From assembly GCF_004010195.1 (NCBI RefSeq), contig NC_057750.1, positions 9,558,062-9,622,061 of the forward strand: a stretch of DNA of 64,000 nt, written 5' to 3'. The notes beneath the pieces were generated by a model. The model had not been told where the DNA came from. It was given only the letters and a program-made list of their open reading frames with translations, and did not search any database. This DNA comes from Chiloscyllium plagiosum. Lineage: Eukaryota. Of the stretch, positions 36,706-50,290 are shown piece after piece. Made by a program: the position numbers and the translations under genes. The number at the start of each line of letters is the position of its first letter. The first letter of the stretch is position 1.

Positions 36706-37331
36706 ACAAAGAGAACCACTGCCAGCAGAATTAATTATTTTGGAAATGGGCCAAAATAATTCAGCCTGGGGACATGGAACACAGAACAATACAGGCCCTT
36801 CAGCCTTCGTTATTGCACCAACCTGTGGAACCAATCTGAAGCCCATCTAATCTACACAATTCAATTTTTGTCCATATGTTTATCTAATGACGGTTTAAAT
36901 GCCCTTAAAGTTGGCGAGTATACTACTGTTGAAGGCAGTGCATTCCATGCCCCTACTACTCTCTGAGTAAAGAAGCTACCTCTGATATCTGTCCTTTATC
37001 TATCACCCCTCAATTAAAGCTATGTCCCCTCGTGATAGCCATCACCATCCAAGGAAAAAGGCTCTCATTGCCCACTCTATCCACTCCCAGGGAAGCTGAG
37101 GTCCGAAGGATGGCAGATCTGGGATCTTGAACTCAGAGAACTATCCCCATCGTTGTTCCCCTCCACCAACCCCTCTCTGCACCTCAACTTCGAGAGGTCA
37201 AATTTTTAAAAAATCACCTGAGAATATATTGGGGGCAACTCCAACGTTGAGCCGAGTCATAGGATTCTCTTCTGTGCTACATATCTCTATCGGCCAATCA
37301 CGTCTGTGCCAGTCAAAAAAGCCCACCTTTG

Positions 37332-37648
37332 TGGGCAGTGCGGTGGCTCAGTAGTTAGCACTGCTCCCAGGGATCCAGGTTCGATTCCAGCCTCGGGCGA
37401 CTGTGTGGAGTTTGCACGTTCTCCCCCTGTCTGCGTGGGTTTCCTCCCACAGTCCAAAGACATGTAGAGTGGAGTGAATTGGCCATGCTAAATTGCCTAT
37501 CGTGTGGAGGAATGTGTAGCTTAAATGCATTAGTCAGGGGTAAATGTAGAGCATTGGGGTAGGGGAATGGGTCTGGGTGGGTTACTCTTTGGAGGGTTGG
37601 TGTGGACTTTTTGGGCCAAATGGCCTGTTTCTATGCTGTAGGGAATCA
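37332..37648 (+). mobile_element. HE1-type SINE
   Basis: Head, V-domain and tail. Confidence 0.85.
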
Positions 37649-39051
37649 TTGCAAGTGCACAATTCAGTACTACTGAAGAATGGTGAGATTTACAATCAAT
37701 AATCCTGCTGTAAATGAATTTTTAAAAAAAACTTTGCACATTCACATGATCTCCCTACTTGTTTAAATATTGATTAACTCATCCCAGGAATAACATGCGT
37801 GCAAATTCAGAGACCACTGGGTCTCTTTCTGCTCTACAGTAAGGTCATATCTGATCTGATCGTCACTTTCGGAATGTGTGAAATGGGTCAGGTAACTCAT
37901 CGCAGCTTTACTATTCCTCAACATTATTTTTTATTTAATTGTGGGATGAGGACGTCGCTGGCTACACAGCATTTATTACCCATCTCTAATTACCCCAGAG
38001 GGCAGTTAAATGTCAACCACATTGCTGTGGGTCTGGAGGCGCATGTAGGCCAGACTTGGTAAGGGTGGCAGATTCCTTCCCTAAAGGGGCATTAGTGAAC
38101 CAGATGGACTTTTCTGACAGTGGATTCATTAGATTCTTAATCCAAGATTTTCTTCCAGTGCATTCAAATTCCACCATCTGTCATAGTGGGACTTGAATCC
38201 AGGTCCCCGGAACAGTAGCTGGGTCTCTGGATTAACCTCTGGAAGGCCATCATCTTCCCTGGTGTCAGCATGGATTTCACTTCATGGACAAGGGAAAGGA
38301 GCATCCTCACTTAGATCTTAGGGCTATGGCATCCACGTGGATGGCTCAGTGGTTAGCACTGCTGCCTCACAGTGCCAGGGACCCCAGTTCGTTGCCACCC
38401 TCAGGTAACTGTCTGTGTGGAGTTTGCACATTCTCCCTGTGTCTGCGTGGCTCTCCCACAGTCCAAAGATGCCCAGGTTAGGGTGGATTGGCCATGCTAA
38501 ATTGCCTGTAGTGTTCAGGGATGTGCAGGCTAAGTGGGTTAGCCACAGGAAATGTGGGGTTATAAGGCAGTGGTGGGAACCTGATGGGTTGAATGGCCTC
38601 TTTCTACCCTGTTACAATTCAACCAAGTGCTCCAGATTCATTTATGTAGCACCTTTTGCAGCCACAGAACATCCCAGAGCACTTTGCACCCACTAGAGTG
38701 GGGAGTAATCAGTGTTGTGGTGTGCAAATCCATTAGCACACAGAAAGCTCCCACAAACACCTGTGTGATTTTGACTGGATTCGTTATTAAAGGTAAGGTT
38801 CAAGGGATCAATAAAGCTCAGGACTTCAGGGATGTAGCCCCTACTCCTCTCCGAAATAATGTCGCACGATCCTTTACGTCCCCTTGAGAGCACAGCCCGA
38901 GTGAACGTCTGTAAACTTGGGTGTGTCATCTGAAGTTTGTGTTTAAAGTCTGGAAAGTTGGACTTGAACCTGGGAGTTGGTGACTCGGTAGTGAGAGACG
39001 AACAGCCAGTGAGTCACTGGACTGAGTAATGCAGAGAGCAGTGCACCACTT

Positions 39052-39600
39052 AGAGTCATCGAGATGTACAGCACTGAAATAGACCTTTCAGTCCAACTCG
39101 TCCGTGCTGACCAGATATCCCAACCTAACCTTAGTCCCATTTGCCAGCACTTGGCCCATATCCCTCCAAACCCTTCCTATTCATGTACCCATCCAAATGC
39201 CTTTTAAATGTTGCAATTGTATCAGCCTCCACCACTTCCTCTGGCAGCTCGTTTCATACACTCACCACCTTCTGCGTGAAAAAGTTGCCCCTCAGGTCCC
39301 TTTTATATCTTTCCTCTCTCACCCTAAACCAATGCCCTCTAGTTTTGGACTCCCCCACCCCAGGGAAAAGACTTTGCCTATTTGCCCTATCCATGCCCCT
39401 CATGATTTTATAACCCTCTATTAGGTCACCCCTCAGCCTCCAACGCTCCAGGGAAAACTGCCCCAGTCTATTCAGCCTCTCCCCGTAGCTCAAACCCTCC
39501 AACCTGGCAACATCCTTTATAAATCTTTTCTGAACCCTTTCAAGTTTCACAACATCCTTCCAATAGGAAGGAGAGCAGAATTGCACACAGTATTCTTGTT
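39052..39600 (-). mobile_element. CR1/HER1 LINE 3' end
   Basis: EYCVQFCSPSYWKDVVKLERVQKRF...RLRGDLIEGYKIMRGMDR...RDLRGNFFTQ. Confidence 0.9.
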
Positions 39601-39974
39601 TAAAGACACAGTCAAAAGCACACAATGCCACTCAGTAATAAAAAATTGTTGTGTAATCATTCACCTGTAGTGCCCTTGAGTGTAAGCAAGTTATATTCGA
39701 TCACACCTTGCGCAATAAAAGCAGACTATCTCCCACAAGGCAAGTGTACTCTGGAATGACTTCACTTTACAATGAATTGATGTGGATGAGCTGTGGATTA
39801 ACTCTGCAAGTGTTTAAATGAACGTTTAGGTACTGGTATGAGTACTGTCTGTCGACAGGACAATCGGTGATGTCCCTACAAAATTCTGAGCCGTTATGCA
39901 AGATTAGTTCCCATCATGATGTTCATGTTTGCTGCCTGTGTGAGAATCCTCTAGGAGCATAGCTATTTTGTTGG

Positions 39975-40430
39975 GCTCCTGTAGTGTAGAGGGAGCTTTA
40001 CTGTAATCTAACCCAATGCTGTCCCTGTCCCTGGGAGTGTTTGATGGGGACAGTGTAGAGAGAGCTTTACTCTGTATCTAACCCTGTGCTGTCCCTGTCC
40101 TGGGAGTGTTTGATGGAGACAGTGTAGAGGGAGCTGTACACTGTATCTAACCCTGTGCTGTCCCTGTCCTGGGAGTGTTTGATGGGGGACAATGTAGAGG
40201 GAGCTTCACTCTGTATCTAACCCTGGGAGCCCCTGCCGTGGGAGTGTTTGATGGGAGGACAGTGTAGAGGGACCTTTACTCTGTATCTAACCCTGTGCAG
40301 TCCCCCTCCTGGGACTGTTGATGTGAAAAATGCAGAGGGAGCGTTACTCTGTATCTAACCCTGTGCTGTCCCCTGTCCTGTGGTGTTTCATTGGGACTGT
40401 ATAATGTGAGCTTTACTCTTTATATAACCT
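39975..40430 (-). repeat. ~69-bp satellite array (reverse orientation)
   Basis: gggacagtgtagagggagctttactctgtatctaaccctgtgctgtccctgtcctgggagtgtttgat repeated about 6 times. Confidence 0.95.
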
Positions 40431-41146
40431 TACGCCCATCAGCACCCAGTGTTTTTCCACAACTTAAACGACACGCTAGAACAGATTCTGATCATTTCAC
40501 TGCTGTCCAGCGCTGAGATCCTCAGGGGCCTGGCTTGTGGCTGCCCTCAGGGTAATTGTTGGTGTCACCTGAAGCCAAAACTGAACTCGTTTATTCCACT
40601 CCATTACCCCCTCATTACACAATGAGCCCAGAACAAACCTGGTTTAACAAATAGTGTTGAAATCACATTGGGAGGCCGGTGAATGTTCAAAATACTGGGG
40701 CAAAGATGCACAAACCACAAGCCACCCCCAGCAATGTCATCAACAAGCAAACAATTCGTTTTCAAAGCTGTAAAGAGGGTTCAATACCTTTTAACTTTCC
40801 CTTATCCTACAGCACGTGGAGTAAATATTTCAGTGGTTTAGTGATCTCATTTTGTTTGATGTTAAAATTATTCAAAGTTAAAAATCACCAGGTTATAGTC
40901 CAACAGGTTTAATTGGAAGCACTAGCTTTCGGAGCGCTGTTCATTCGTTCAGTGGAAAGGTTGCTACAGAAACCCACGTCCTACTGGATACTGAAAGACA
41001 GGAAGTGCTGGAGAAACTCAACAGGTCTGGCAGTGGAGAGAAAAACAGAGTTAATGTTTCGGGTCGGGTGTGACTGTGAATTCTGAATAAGTTCGGACTC
41101 TATGGTTCTGACTTGTACAGAAGACTCACTGAAGCCGAGGTTTTAA

Positions 41147-41149
<3 letters not shown>

Positions 41150-41178
<29 letters not shown>

Positions 41179-41215
41179 GTCTCTCTGTGTCTCTGTCTTT
41201 CTCTCACTCTTTCTT

Positions 41216-41270
<55 letters not shown>

Positions 41271-41615
41271 GTCTCTCTCTCTCTGTCTTTCTCTCTCTCT
41301 GTGTGCCTGTCNNNNNNNNNNNNNNNNNNNNNNNNNNNNNNNNNNNNNNNNNNNNNNNNNNNNNNNNNNNNNNNNNNNNNNNNNNNNNNNNNNNNNNNNN
41401 NNNNNNNNNNNNNNNNNNNNNNNNNNNNNNNNNNNNNNNNNNNNNNNNNNNNNNNNNNNNNNNNNNNNNNNNNNNNNNNNNNNNNNNNNNNNNNNNNNNN
41501 NNNNNNNNNNNNNNNNNNNNNNNNNNNNNNNNNNNNNNNNNNNNNNNNNNNNNNNNNNNNNNNNNNNNNNNNNNNTCTCTCTCTCTATCTGTCTCTCTCT
41601 CTCTCTCTCTCTCTA
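41150..41615. repeat. (CT)-rich microsatellite containing gap 41312-41575
   Basis: Directly visible. Confidence 0.95.
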
Positions 41616-42249
41616 CAGATGCTGCTGGACCTGCTGAGTTTCTGCACCACATTCTGTTTTTGTTTGCGATTTCCAGATCTTAACTTTATCTCCGGTTAAT
41701 GTAGCTGCGCTAAAGAGCAGAGGGCAAGATAGTGCTGGCTTCACACAACAAGCATCTGAAGCTACTGTCATGTGCAGATAAGCCAGGACCAATTGTTACT
41801 TTGCAAACCATTACAATTGCCCCTGACATACATCAGAACAGGAACAATTTTATCCTGGAGCACAGTAAACAGTGGCTGACACCAAAACTTTGCTGAATAT
41901 CTGCACTTGTTCCTTAAGGTCCACCCTGGGACAATTAATGCAAATACTGCAACTGCACACCTTTCCAGCTCACGTCGGCCGTTAGAATCAGCCTGAATGA
42001 TGAAAGCTGATAGCATCGTGTCAAAACCGAAATGAAGTGATGGCATTGCCAGCAAGAGGCAGCAGGATGTGTCTGATTTCACTTTATCTGATTGACCGTG
42101 TTTCTTGCTGTTGCATGGGTGAGGAAAACACTGAGGTTCACTTAGAACTAGTGTGGAAATGGACCCACCCTTAACCAGCGCAGAAAGGGCTAGGCATCCA
42201 ATGTCAGAGATGCCCATTTGTTCTCGGAGTATATCAGAAGGGAAGGAAA

Positions 42250-43165
42250 GTCCCTCTCATCAAACACTCCCAGGACAGGGACAGCACAGGGTTAGATACA
42301 GAGTAAAGCTCCTTCTCCACTGCCCCCCATCAAACACTCCCAGGGCAGGGACAGCACGGGATTAGAAACAGAGTAAAGCTCTCTCTACACCATCCCTCAT
42401 CAAACACTTCCAGGACAGGGACAGCACAGGGTTAGATACAGAGTAAAGCTCCCTCTACACTGTCCCATCAAACACTCCCATGTCAGGGACAGTGCAGGGT
42501 TAGATACAGAGTAAAGCGCCCTCTACACTGTCCCCATCAAACACTCCCAGGATAGGGACAGAGCGGGATTAGATACAGAGTAAAGCTCTCTCTACACTGT
42601 CCCCCATCAAACACTCCCAGGACATGGACAGCGCAGATTTAAATACAGAGTAAAGCTCTCTCTATACTGTCCCCATCAAACACTCCCAGGATAGGGACAG
42701 AGTGGGATTAGATACAGAGTAAAGCTCTCTCTACACTGTCCCCCCATCAAACACTCCCAGGACAGGGACAGCACGGGGTTAGATACAGAGTAAAGCTCCC
42801 TCTACATTGTCCCCCTATCAAACACTCCCAGGGACAGGGACAGCACGGGGTTAGATACAGAGTAAAGCTCCCTCTACACTTGTCCCCATCAAACACTCCC
42901 AGGATAGGGACAGAGCGGGATTAGATACAGAGTAAAGTTCCCTCTACACTGTTCCCCCATCAAACACTCCCAGGACAGGGACAGCACAGGGTTAGATACA
43001 GAGTAAAGCTCCCTCTACACTGTCCCATCAAACACTCCCATGTCAGGGACAGTGCAGGGTTAGATACGGAGTAAAGCTCTCTCTACACTGTCCCCCCATC
43101 AAACACTCCCAGGACAGGGACAGCACAGGGTTAGATACAGAGTAAAGTTCCCTCTACATTGTCTG
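42250..43165 (+). repeat. ~69-bp satellite array (~13 units)
   Basis: atcaaacactcccaggacagggacagcacagggttagatacagagtaaagctccctctacactgtcccc at 42259, 42329, 42399, 42467 and onward. Confidence 0.97.
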
Positions 43166-43829
43166 CCTTTTCATGCCTTTACCTTCCCACGTTTGGTAAA
43201 CTGCGTGGCCCAGACGAAGCTGACATTGGGAACTGGATGGTCACCACCCAATGGTCGCTTCATATTGACCCCTCCCTCCCCATTGTCCTGGAGCTGCAGG
43301 TGAATAGTTGAAACGCTGGGCTTTCGAGCTCCTCTCCCACTAACTTTACCGAATCCTGGCTCCCGGAATGTTTGTATTCTGGGATACAGCTGGAACAGTA
43401 ATGCTTCTCCTGTGCATGTTAGTCAGAAATTACTCTCAGATGGATGGCATTGTCTGCCAGTTTCAGTTGGTATGTTCTCCACTGAAGTAGTGCGTGATAA
43501 AACAGACACTTATTAGGAATTGTTTTGATTCTTACAAGGACATAAAATAAATCCTTTCCAATTATCAATTTAACCAGTGACACCAAACAGCAGCAGAATT
43601 TTCCACTCACTGGCCTGTTAATTGCAGTGGGACTACATTGCTGTAAAACATTTCACAGGATAATGATGTAAGATTTCGCAAACTTTTATTTATATCTCTG
43701 GGCAGTATTGTAGAATTAATTCACTTTACGGGGAACAGCGAATGTAAGGGTCTGTGTCACAAGGAGGGGCAAGGAGACAGGCAAAGGATTCCGGGAAGGA
43801 ATGTTTGTCATGTTGGAAAGAGTGAGCAA

Positions 43830-44507
43830 CTGGAAGGTGGAGTCACAGGTAGATAGGATAGTGAAGAAGGCGTTTGGTATGCTTTCCTTTATTGGTCAGA
43901 GTATTGAGTACAGGAGTTGGGAGGTCATGTTGCGGCTGTACAGGACATTGGTTAGGCCACTGTTGGAATATTGCGTGCAATTCTGGTCTCCTTCCTATCG
44001 GAAAGATGTTGTGAAACTTGAAAGGGTTCAGAAAAGATTTACAAGGATATTGCCAGGGTTGGAGGATTTGAGCTATTGGGAGAGGCTGAACAGGCTGGGG
44101 CTGTTTTCCCTGGAGCGTCGGAGGCTGAGGGGTGACCTTATAGAGGTCTATAAAATCATGAGGGGCATGGATAGGGTAAATGGACAAGTCCTTTCCCTGG
44201 GGTGGGGGAGTCCAGAACTAGAGGGCATAGGTTTAGGGTGAGAGGAGAAAGATATAGAAGGGACCTAATGTTTTCACACAGAGGATGGTGCATGTGTGGA
44301 GTGAGCTACCAAAGGAAGTGGTGGAGGCTGGTACAATTACCACATTTGAAAGGCACCTGGATGGGTACATGAATAGGAAAGGTTTAGAGGGATATGGGCC
44401 AAGGGCTGGCAAATGGGACTAGATTGGGTTGGGATATCTGGTCGGTATGGACAAGTTGGACCGAAAGGTCTGTTCCATGCTGTACATCTCTATGACTCTA
44501 TGACTGT
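43830..44507 (+). mobile_element. CR1/HER1 LINE 3' ~680 bp, well preserved
   Basis: KVESQVDRIVKKAFGMLSFIGQSIEYRSWEVMLRLYRTLVRPLLEYCVQFWSP...; tail ctatgactctatgact. Confidence 0.95.
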
Positions 44508-45584
44508 ATCGGAAAAATGCTGGTGAAAAATCGAGCGATTCTTATGGAATTGAACACAAGGCTGTCGTTGCTTCGGTCATCCTCGTTGCCCTACTGAGTA
44601 TTGTGGAATGGCGGAGCATTCTCAATGGGCTGAATGGCCTGCCCCTAATTCCCAAGGTGAGGGACCTGGAGTTAATGTCAAAGGGAATGGGGTGGGGGGG
44701 GGCACGGTGGTGGGGGAGCGAGGAAGGTGTTGTGATTGGTTTGTGATGAATGCTTCCTTTGTCATTGCGTCTGACAGGCAGGATGGTGGAGGGGGTGGGG
44801 TAGCGGGGGGCATTCATTGGGGTTTATCCAGTGACTACTTTGAGTCAAACATGCCTGTGATGCCTTCCACAGTCAAATAGCCAGAAAGAAGATGACAGAA
44901 TATTATAGAAATGCAAAGCAAATGTAAGCGTCAGCTCCGAGAGGCTGTTGCCTTATTTCCTAAGTTCCCCCTTCACCCTCCATTGGTTCCCATCTCTGTG
45001 TGGTAAGAGTGATAATGCCACTGGACCAGTAATCCAGAGGCCCAGGCTAATACATTGGGGCCATAGGTTCAAATCCCATCATGGGAGAATTCAAATTCAC
45101 TGAATGAATCTGGAATTGAAAGCTGATCTCAATGATGGCGACCAGGACATTGGCATCAAAAGCCCATCTGGTTCATAAATGTCCCATTAGGGAGGGGAAA
45201 TCTTCCCTCCTTACCTCGTCTGGCCTACACGTACTCCAGACCCACAGTGATGTGGTTGACTTGTAACTGCCCGATGAAATGGCGGGTATTCAGTTCAAGA
45301 CTAATCGCGGTCAGGAAATAACTGCTGGCTTTGCTAATATTCCCACATGCCAATGGAAAAATGCATGTTCAAAAATAATTATTAATCTCTGGTTTTCACA
45401 TTGTTCCATCTCCTCCCTCCGCCTGTTATCTTTATAAACTCCTCCAGTCACATCAATCTCTGAGATCTCTCTGCTCAGTCAATTCTGGCTGTTTGGGTAT
45501 TCTTGACTTTGAACAATCTGACATCGGTGATAATGTCTTCAACATCTTTGGCCCTAAACTCTGTAATTCCCTCCTTTAATCTCG

Positions 45585-46020
45585 GTTTATCTCTCTCTCT
45601 CTTTCTTTCTCTGTCTCTCTCTCACACTCTCTCTCTATGTCTGTCTCTCTCTATGACTGTCTCCCTCTCTATCTATCTCTCTCTGTGTGTCTCTCTTTCT
45701 CTCTCCCTCTCTCTCTGTCTCTCTCTGTCTCTTATCTCTATGTGTCGCTCTCTTGCTATCTCTATCTCTCCTTCCCTTTCTGTCTCTTTCTCTCTCTCTG
45801 TCTGTCTCTTTCTGGTCTCCCCTCCACACCCCGGTCTGTCGCTTTCCCTCTCTGTCTGTCTCTCTCCCTCCCTTTCTATCTGTCTCTCCCCCTCTCTCCC
45901 CTTCTCTGTCTCTGTGTATCTCTCTTTATGTCTCTTTATCTATCTGTGTCTGTCTCTTCCTCACTCTCTCTGGTCTCCCCCCTCCATCCCATCTGTCTTT
46001 CTCCCTCTCTGTCTGTCTCC
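45585..46020. repeat. Degenerate CT-rich microsatellite
   Basis: Directly visible. Confidence 0.95.
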
Positions 46021-46344
46021 ATTAAGATACTCCACTAAACCTTTGACCATCTTTATATGGCTCGCTGTCGTATTTTGCCTGTTTTACTTCAGTGAGGCGC
46101 CTGGGGGTGTTTGACACCTTCAAGGCGCTATGTAAATGCAAGTTGCTGTTTGCTGATGTCCAGTGGGGAAACTCTTGGTACCTAGCCAAGGTCTGTGCTG
46201 CTTTGTGCATAAGCCAAATACGATTGAGTGAGATTGCACCTCGTGCCTTGTTTCATTGGTTCTGAACCCATCACGCAATTGCTCCTGACACAACCCTTCA
46301 GTAACTGTTCCCCAAACCCTTCATTGCACACAGCCCTCATTCTC

Positions 46345-46660
46345 AAAGTTAAAAATCACACAACACCAGGTGATAGTCCAACAGGTTTAATTGGAAGAAC
46401 TAGCTTTCGGAGCGACGCTCCTTCATCAGGTGGTTGTGGAAGACACAATTGTAAGGCACAGAGTTTACAGCAAAAATTTAGTGTGATGTAACGGAAATTA
46501 TACATTGAAAAATTGATTGTCTGTTAAGTCTTTCATCTGTTTGAATACCATGATAGTTTCACTTCTTTCATGTGTAAATCACAAAACCCTTTTTTCTGTA
46601 AAAGTTGCATTCTCAGGTTAGCTGTAACAATTGGCGTTAGCTAGACAGTATGTTGAAGAC
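46345..46660 (-). mobile_element. Penelope-type terminal fragment (second family)
   Basis: aaagttaaaaatcacacaacaccagg...ggaag(c/a)actagctttcggagc end, also at ~40875, ~50768 and ~61225. Confidence 0.65.
46398..46432 (-). ncRNA. Minimal type I hammerhead ribozyme motif
   Basis: cac-CTGATGA-a-GGAGC-gtc-GCTCC-GAAA-G-CTA-gtt: intact core, 5-bp helix II, CUA triplet. Confidence 0.65.
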
Positions 46661-46996
46661 TTGATGAAAGTGATCATCGCAAGGCCAGACAGCAGACAAG
46701 AACCGCAATTGGCCCCATGAGATTGTTTTAACGAGTGGCACTTTGATGTTTCTCTGCAAACATTTTAATTCTGGCTTTAATGTTCCATTGTTGTTCCCTC
46801 TGTTGGGGCTAACTATTCTTTTCCCGTCAACAAAAGTATTTTGATAGTCTGCACCGTGTTTGCCAATAATTAATGACACGGTTAGAGCGTTGCAATCTAC
46901 TTGAACTTCTGCCATGTCCTGTGAACAAAAATTGATGACTTTCAGAAGCCGAAATCCAAAGGAATGAAGTTTTCTTCCAAACCCAAGAGGTTTGGG

Positions 46997-47284
46997 ATGG
47001 CACGGTGGCTCAGTGGTTAGCACTGCTGCCTCACAGCGCCAGGGACCCGGGTTCAATTCCCGCCTCAGGCAACTGTCTGTGTGGAGTTTGTGCATTCTCC
47101 CCGTGTCTGCGTGGGTTTCCTCCAGGTGCTCCAGTTTCCTCCCACAGTCCAAAGATGCGCTGGTTAGGTGAATTGGCCATGCTAAATGGGTGGCACAGTG
47201 GCTCAGTGGTTAGCACTGCTGCCTCACAGCGCCAGAGACCCGGGTTCAATTCCCACCTCGGGCAACTGTCTGTGTGGAGTTTGC
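46997..47284 (+). mobile_element. Two tandem HE1 SINE 5' parts running into a gap
   Basis: Head repeated at ~46998 and ~47190. Confidence 0.85.
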
Positions 47285-48246
47285 NNNNNNNNNNNNNNNN
47301 NNNNNNNNNNNNNNNNNNNNNNNNNNNNNNNNNNNNNNNNNNNNNNNNNNNNNNNNNNNNNNNNNNNNNNNNNNNNNNNNNNNNNNNNNNNNNNNNNNNN
47401 NNNNNNNNNNNNNNNNNNNNNNNNNNNNNNNNNNNNNNNNNNNNNNNNNNNNNNNNNNNNNNNNNNNNNNNNNNNNNNNNNNNNNNNNNNNNNNNNNNNN
47501 NNNNNNNNNNNNNNNNNNNNNNNNNNNNNNNNNNNNNNNNNNNNNNNNNNNNNNNNNNNNNNNNNNNNNNNNNNNNNNNNNNNNNNNNNNNNNNNNNNNN
47601 NNNNNNNNNNNNNNNNNNNNNNNNNNNNNNNNNNNNNNNNNNNNNNNNNNNNNNNNNNNNNNNNNNNNNNNNNNNNNNNNNNNNNNNNNNNNNNNNNNNN
47701 NNNNNNNNNNNNNNNNNNNNNNNNNNNNNNNNNNNNNNNNNNNNNNNNNNNNNNNNNNNNNNNNNNNNNNNNNNNNNNNNNNNNNNNNNNNNNNNNNNNN
47801 NNNNNNNNNNNNNNNNNNNNNNNNNNNNNNNNNNNNNNNNNNNNNNNNNNNNNNNNNNNNNNNNNNNNNNNNNNNNNNNNNNNNNNNNNNNNNNNNNNNN
47901 NNNNNNNNNNNNNNNNNNNNNNNNNNNNNNNNNNNNNNNNNNNNNNNNNNNNNNNNNNNNNNNNNNNNNNNNNNNNNNNNNNNNNNNNNNNNNNNNNNNN
48001 NNNNNNNNNNNNNNNNNNNNNNNNNNNNNNNNNNNNNNNNNNNNNNNNNNNNNNNNNNNNNNNNNNNNNNNNNNNNNNNNNNNNNNNNNNNNNNNNNNNN
48101 NNNNNNNNNNNNNNNNNNNNNNNNNNNNNNNNNNNNNNNNNNNNNNNNNNNNNNNNNNNNNNNNNNNNNNNNNNNNNNNNNNNNNNNNNNNNNNNNNNNN
48201 NNNNNNNNNNNNNNNNNNNNNNNNNNNNNNNNNNNNNNNNNNNNNN
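47285..48246. other. Assembly gap (962 N)
   Basis: Run of N. Confidence 1.
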
Positions 48247-48412
48247 TTCCTAGGCGGAAGATGAGGCGCTCTTCCTCCAGGCGTCATGTGGTCAGGGTCT
48301 GGCAATGGAGGAGGCCAAGGACCTGCATGTCCTTGGCGGAGTGGGAGGGGGAGCTAAAGTGTTCAGCCACGGGGCGGTTGGGTTGGTTGGTCCGGGTGTC
48401 CCAGAGGTGTTT
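48247..48412 (-). mobile_element. Penelope-like GIY-YIG fragment
   Basis: Minus strand TRTNQPNRPVAEHFSSPSHSAKDMQVLGLLHCQTLTT*RLEEERLIFRLG. Confidence 0.8.
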
Positions 48413-49806
48413 CCATGGCTATCCTGCACATCCTGTGCACTATGGGCAATTTAGCATGACCAATCCCCCTCCCCAACCTGCACGTCTTTAGACTATGGGA
48501 GGAAACTGGAGCACCCGGAGAAAACCCACACAGACAGCGGGAGAATGTGTAAACACTAGACATCCTGAATCCTAGAATGCCTACCATGTGGAAATAGACC
48601 CTTTGGCCCAACATGACCATACTTACCCTCTGAAGAGTACCCTTTATTCCCCTACTCTATATATACCCCTCACTAATGCACCTAACCTACACTTCTGAAC
48701 ACCAAGGGCAATTTAGCACGGCCAATTCACCCTAACCTGCACATCTTTGGACTGTGGGAGGAAACCCATACAGACGCAAACTCCACCCAGACAGTCACCC
48801 GAGGCTGGAATCGAACCCGGATCCCTGGCGTAGGGAGGCAGCAGTGCCAATCACTGAGCCACTGTGTCTGACCAAGGGAAAGGCTTCTGTCTGTGTTTTG
48901 TTTTATCATGAGCACAACCTTGAAAGAGGAGGAGGGCCGTTCAGTCCCCCTCGAGCCTTGTCCGTCATTCAGTTTGATCCCCGCTGGACAACAGCGAGCA
49001 GTAGCTTGCATTTACATAGCGCCTTAAAGGAGGAAAACATCCCCAGGCGCCTCACTGAAGTATACCGAGGCAACATTTGACAGCGAGCCAGAGAAGGGGA
49101 TGAAGGTTTTGTGGAGTATCTTAATGTAGAGATCAGAGATTAAAGGAAGGAATTCCAGAGTTTCGGACCAAGGACATTGTAGACCTGGCCACTAATGCTG
49201 GATGGATTAAAATCAGGGAAACACACAGAGCCAGAGTTGAGAGAGCAGAGAGATCTCAGATATTTGTGTGATTGGAGGAGTGTACAGAGATAACGAGGGT
49301 AGGGAGGACACGGAGAGATTTGCGACCCAGAATAATTGATGTTTCTGTCACTTGGAATCCTTACCCCGACACAAATCGAACTCAACTTTGAACTGTTCAC
49401 TTGATCCTGAGTCTGATTGGGGTGTTCTTGGGGGGGGGTCGATGGGCCGAATGGCCTCTTTTTGGACTGTGGGAATTCTCCTGATTCTAAATGTGGCAAC
49501 CAAAAATGTACACAGGCAGCTCCTGCAAGCAGTAATTTGATAACAGGTCTGAGATTAGGGGAATTTCTCTTTTGACTTGAAGATCCGTGAACCTTTGGAC
49601 CATTGTACCACAACTCTGTGTAAGTTTGAGGCAGAGATTGCTACGTTTCCATTGGAATATTATCGCTGAGTCACTGTGTGTCTTTAAGGCAGTGATAGGT
49701 TATTGATAAGTAAGGGGGATCAAAGGTTATGGGGAGATGGGTGGAGAATGGGGCTGAGAAACATTATCGAATGGCTAGCAGACTCAATTGGCTGGATGGC
49801 CTACTT

Positions 49807-50290
49807 AGAATCATAGAGCACGAAACAGATCCTTCAGTCCAACTTTTCCATGCTGACCAGATATATCCTAAACTGACTGAGTCTCATTCACCAGCATTTG
49901 ACACATATCCCTCCAAACCCTTCCTATTCATATACCCATCCAGGTGCCTTTTAAATGTTGTCATTGTACCAGCCTCCACCACTTCCTCTGGCAGCTCGTT
50001 CCACACACGTACCACCCTCTGCAGGAAAATGTTGCCCCTTAGGTCCCTTTTAAATCTTTCCCCTCTCACCGTAAACCTATGGCCACTTGTCTTGGTCTAC
50101 CAAACCTTGGGGAAAAGACCTTGTCTGTTCATCCTATCCAAGCCCCTCATGATTTTACAAACCTCTATAATGTCACCCCTCATCCTCAGACCCCTCAAGA
50201 GTGGAAGCCCCAGTGTATGCAGCCTCTCCCTCTCGTTCAAACCCTCCAACATCCTTGTAAATCTTTTCTGACCCCTCTCAGGTTTAACAG
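49807..50290 (-). mobile_element. CR1/HER1 LINE 3' end
   Basis: RGERFKRDLRGNIFLQRVVRVWNELPEEVVEAGTMTTFKRHLD. Confidence 0.9.

Noticed and set aside
42250..43165. CRISPR-like periodicity in the tandem arrays
   Set aside because: Units are contiguous with no unique spacers, the context is eukaryotic and there are no cas genes.
46997..47075. tRNA-like sequences (A/B boxes) at many positions
   Set aside because: They are heads of tRNA-derived SINEs followed by SINE bodies, not tRNA genes.
41113..48491. Long ORFs spanning N runs or CT microsatellites
   Set aside because: Artefacts of gaps and low-complexity sequence.
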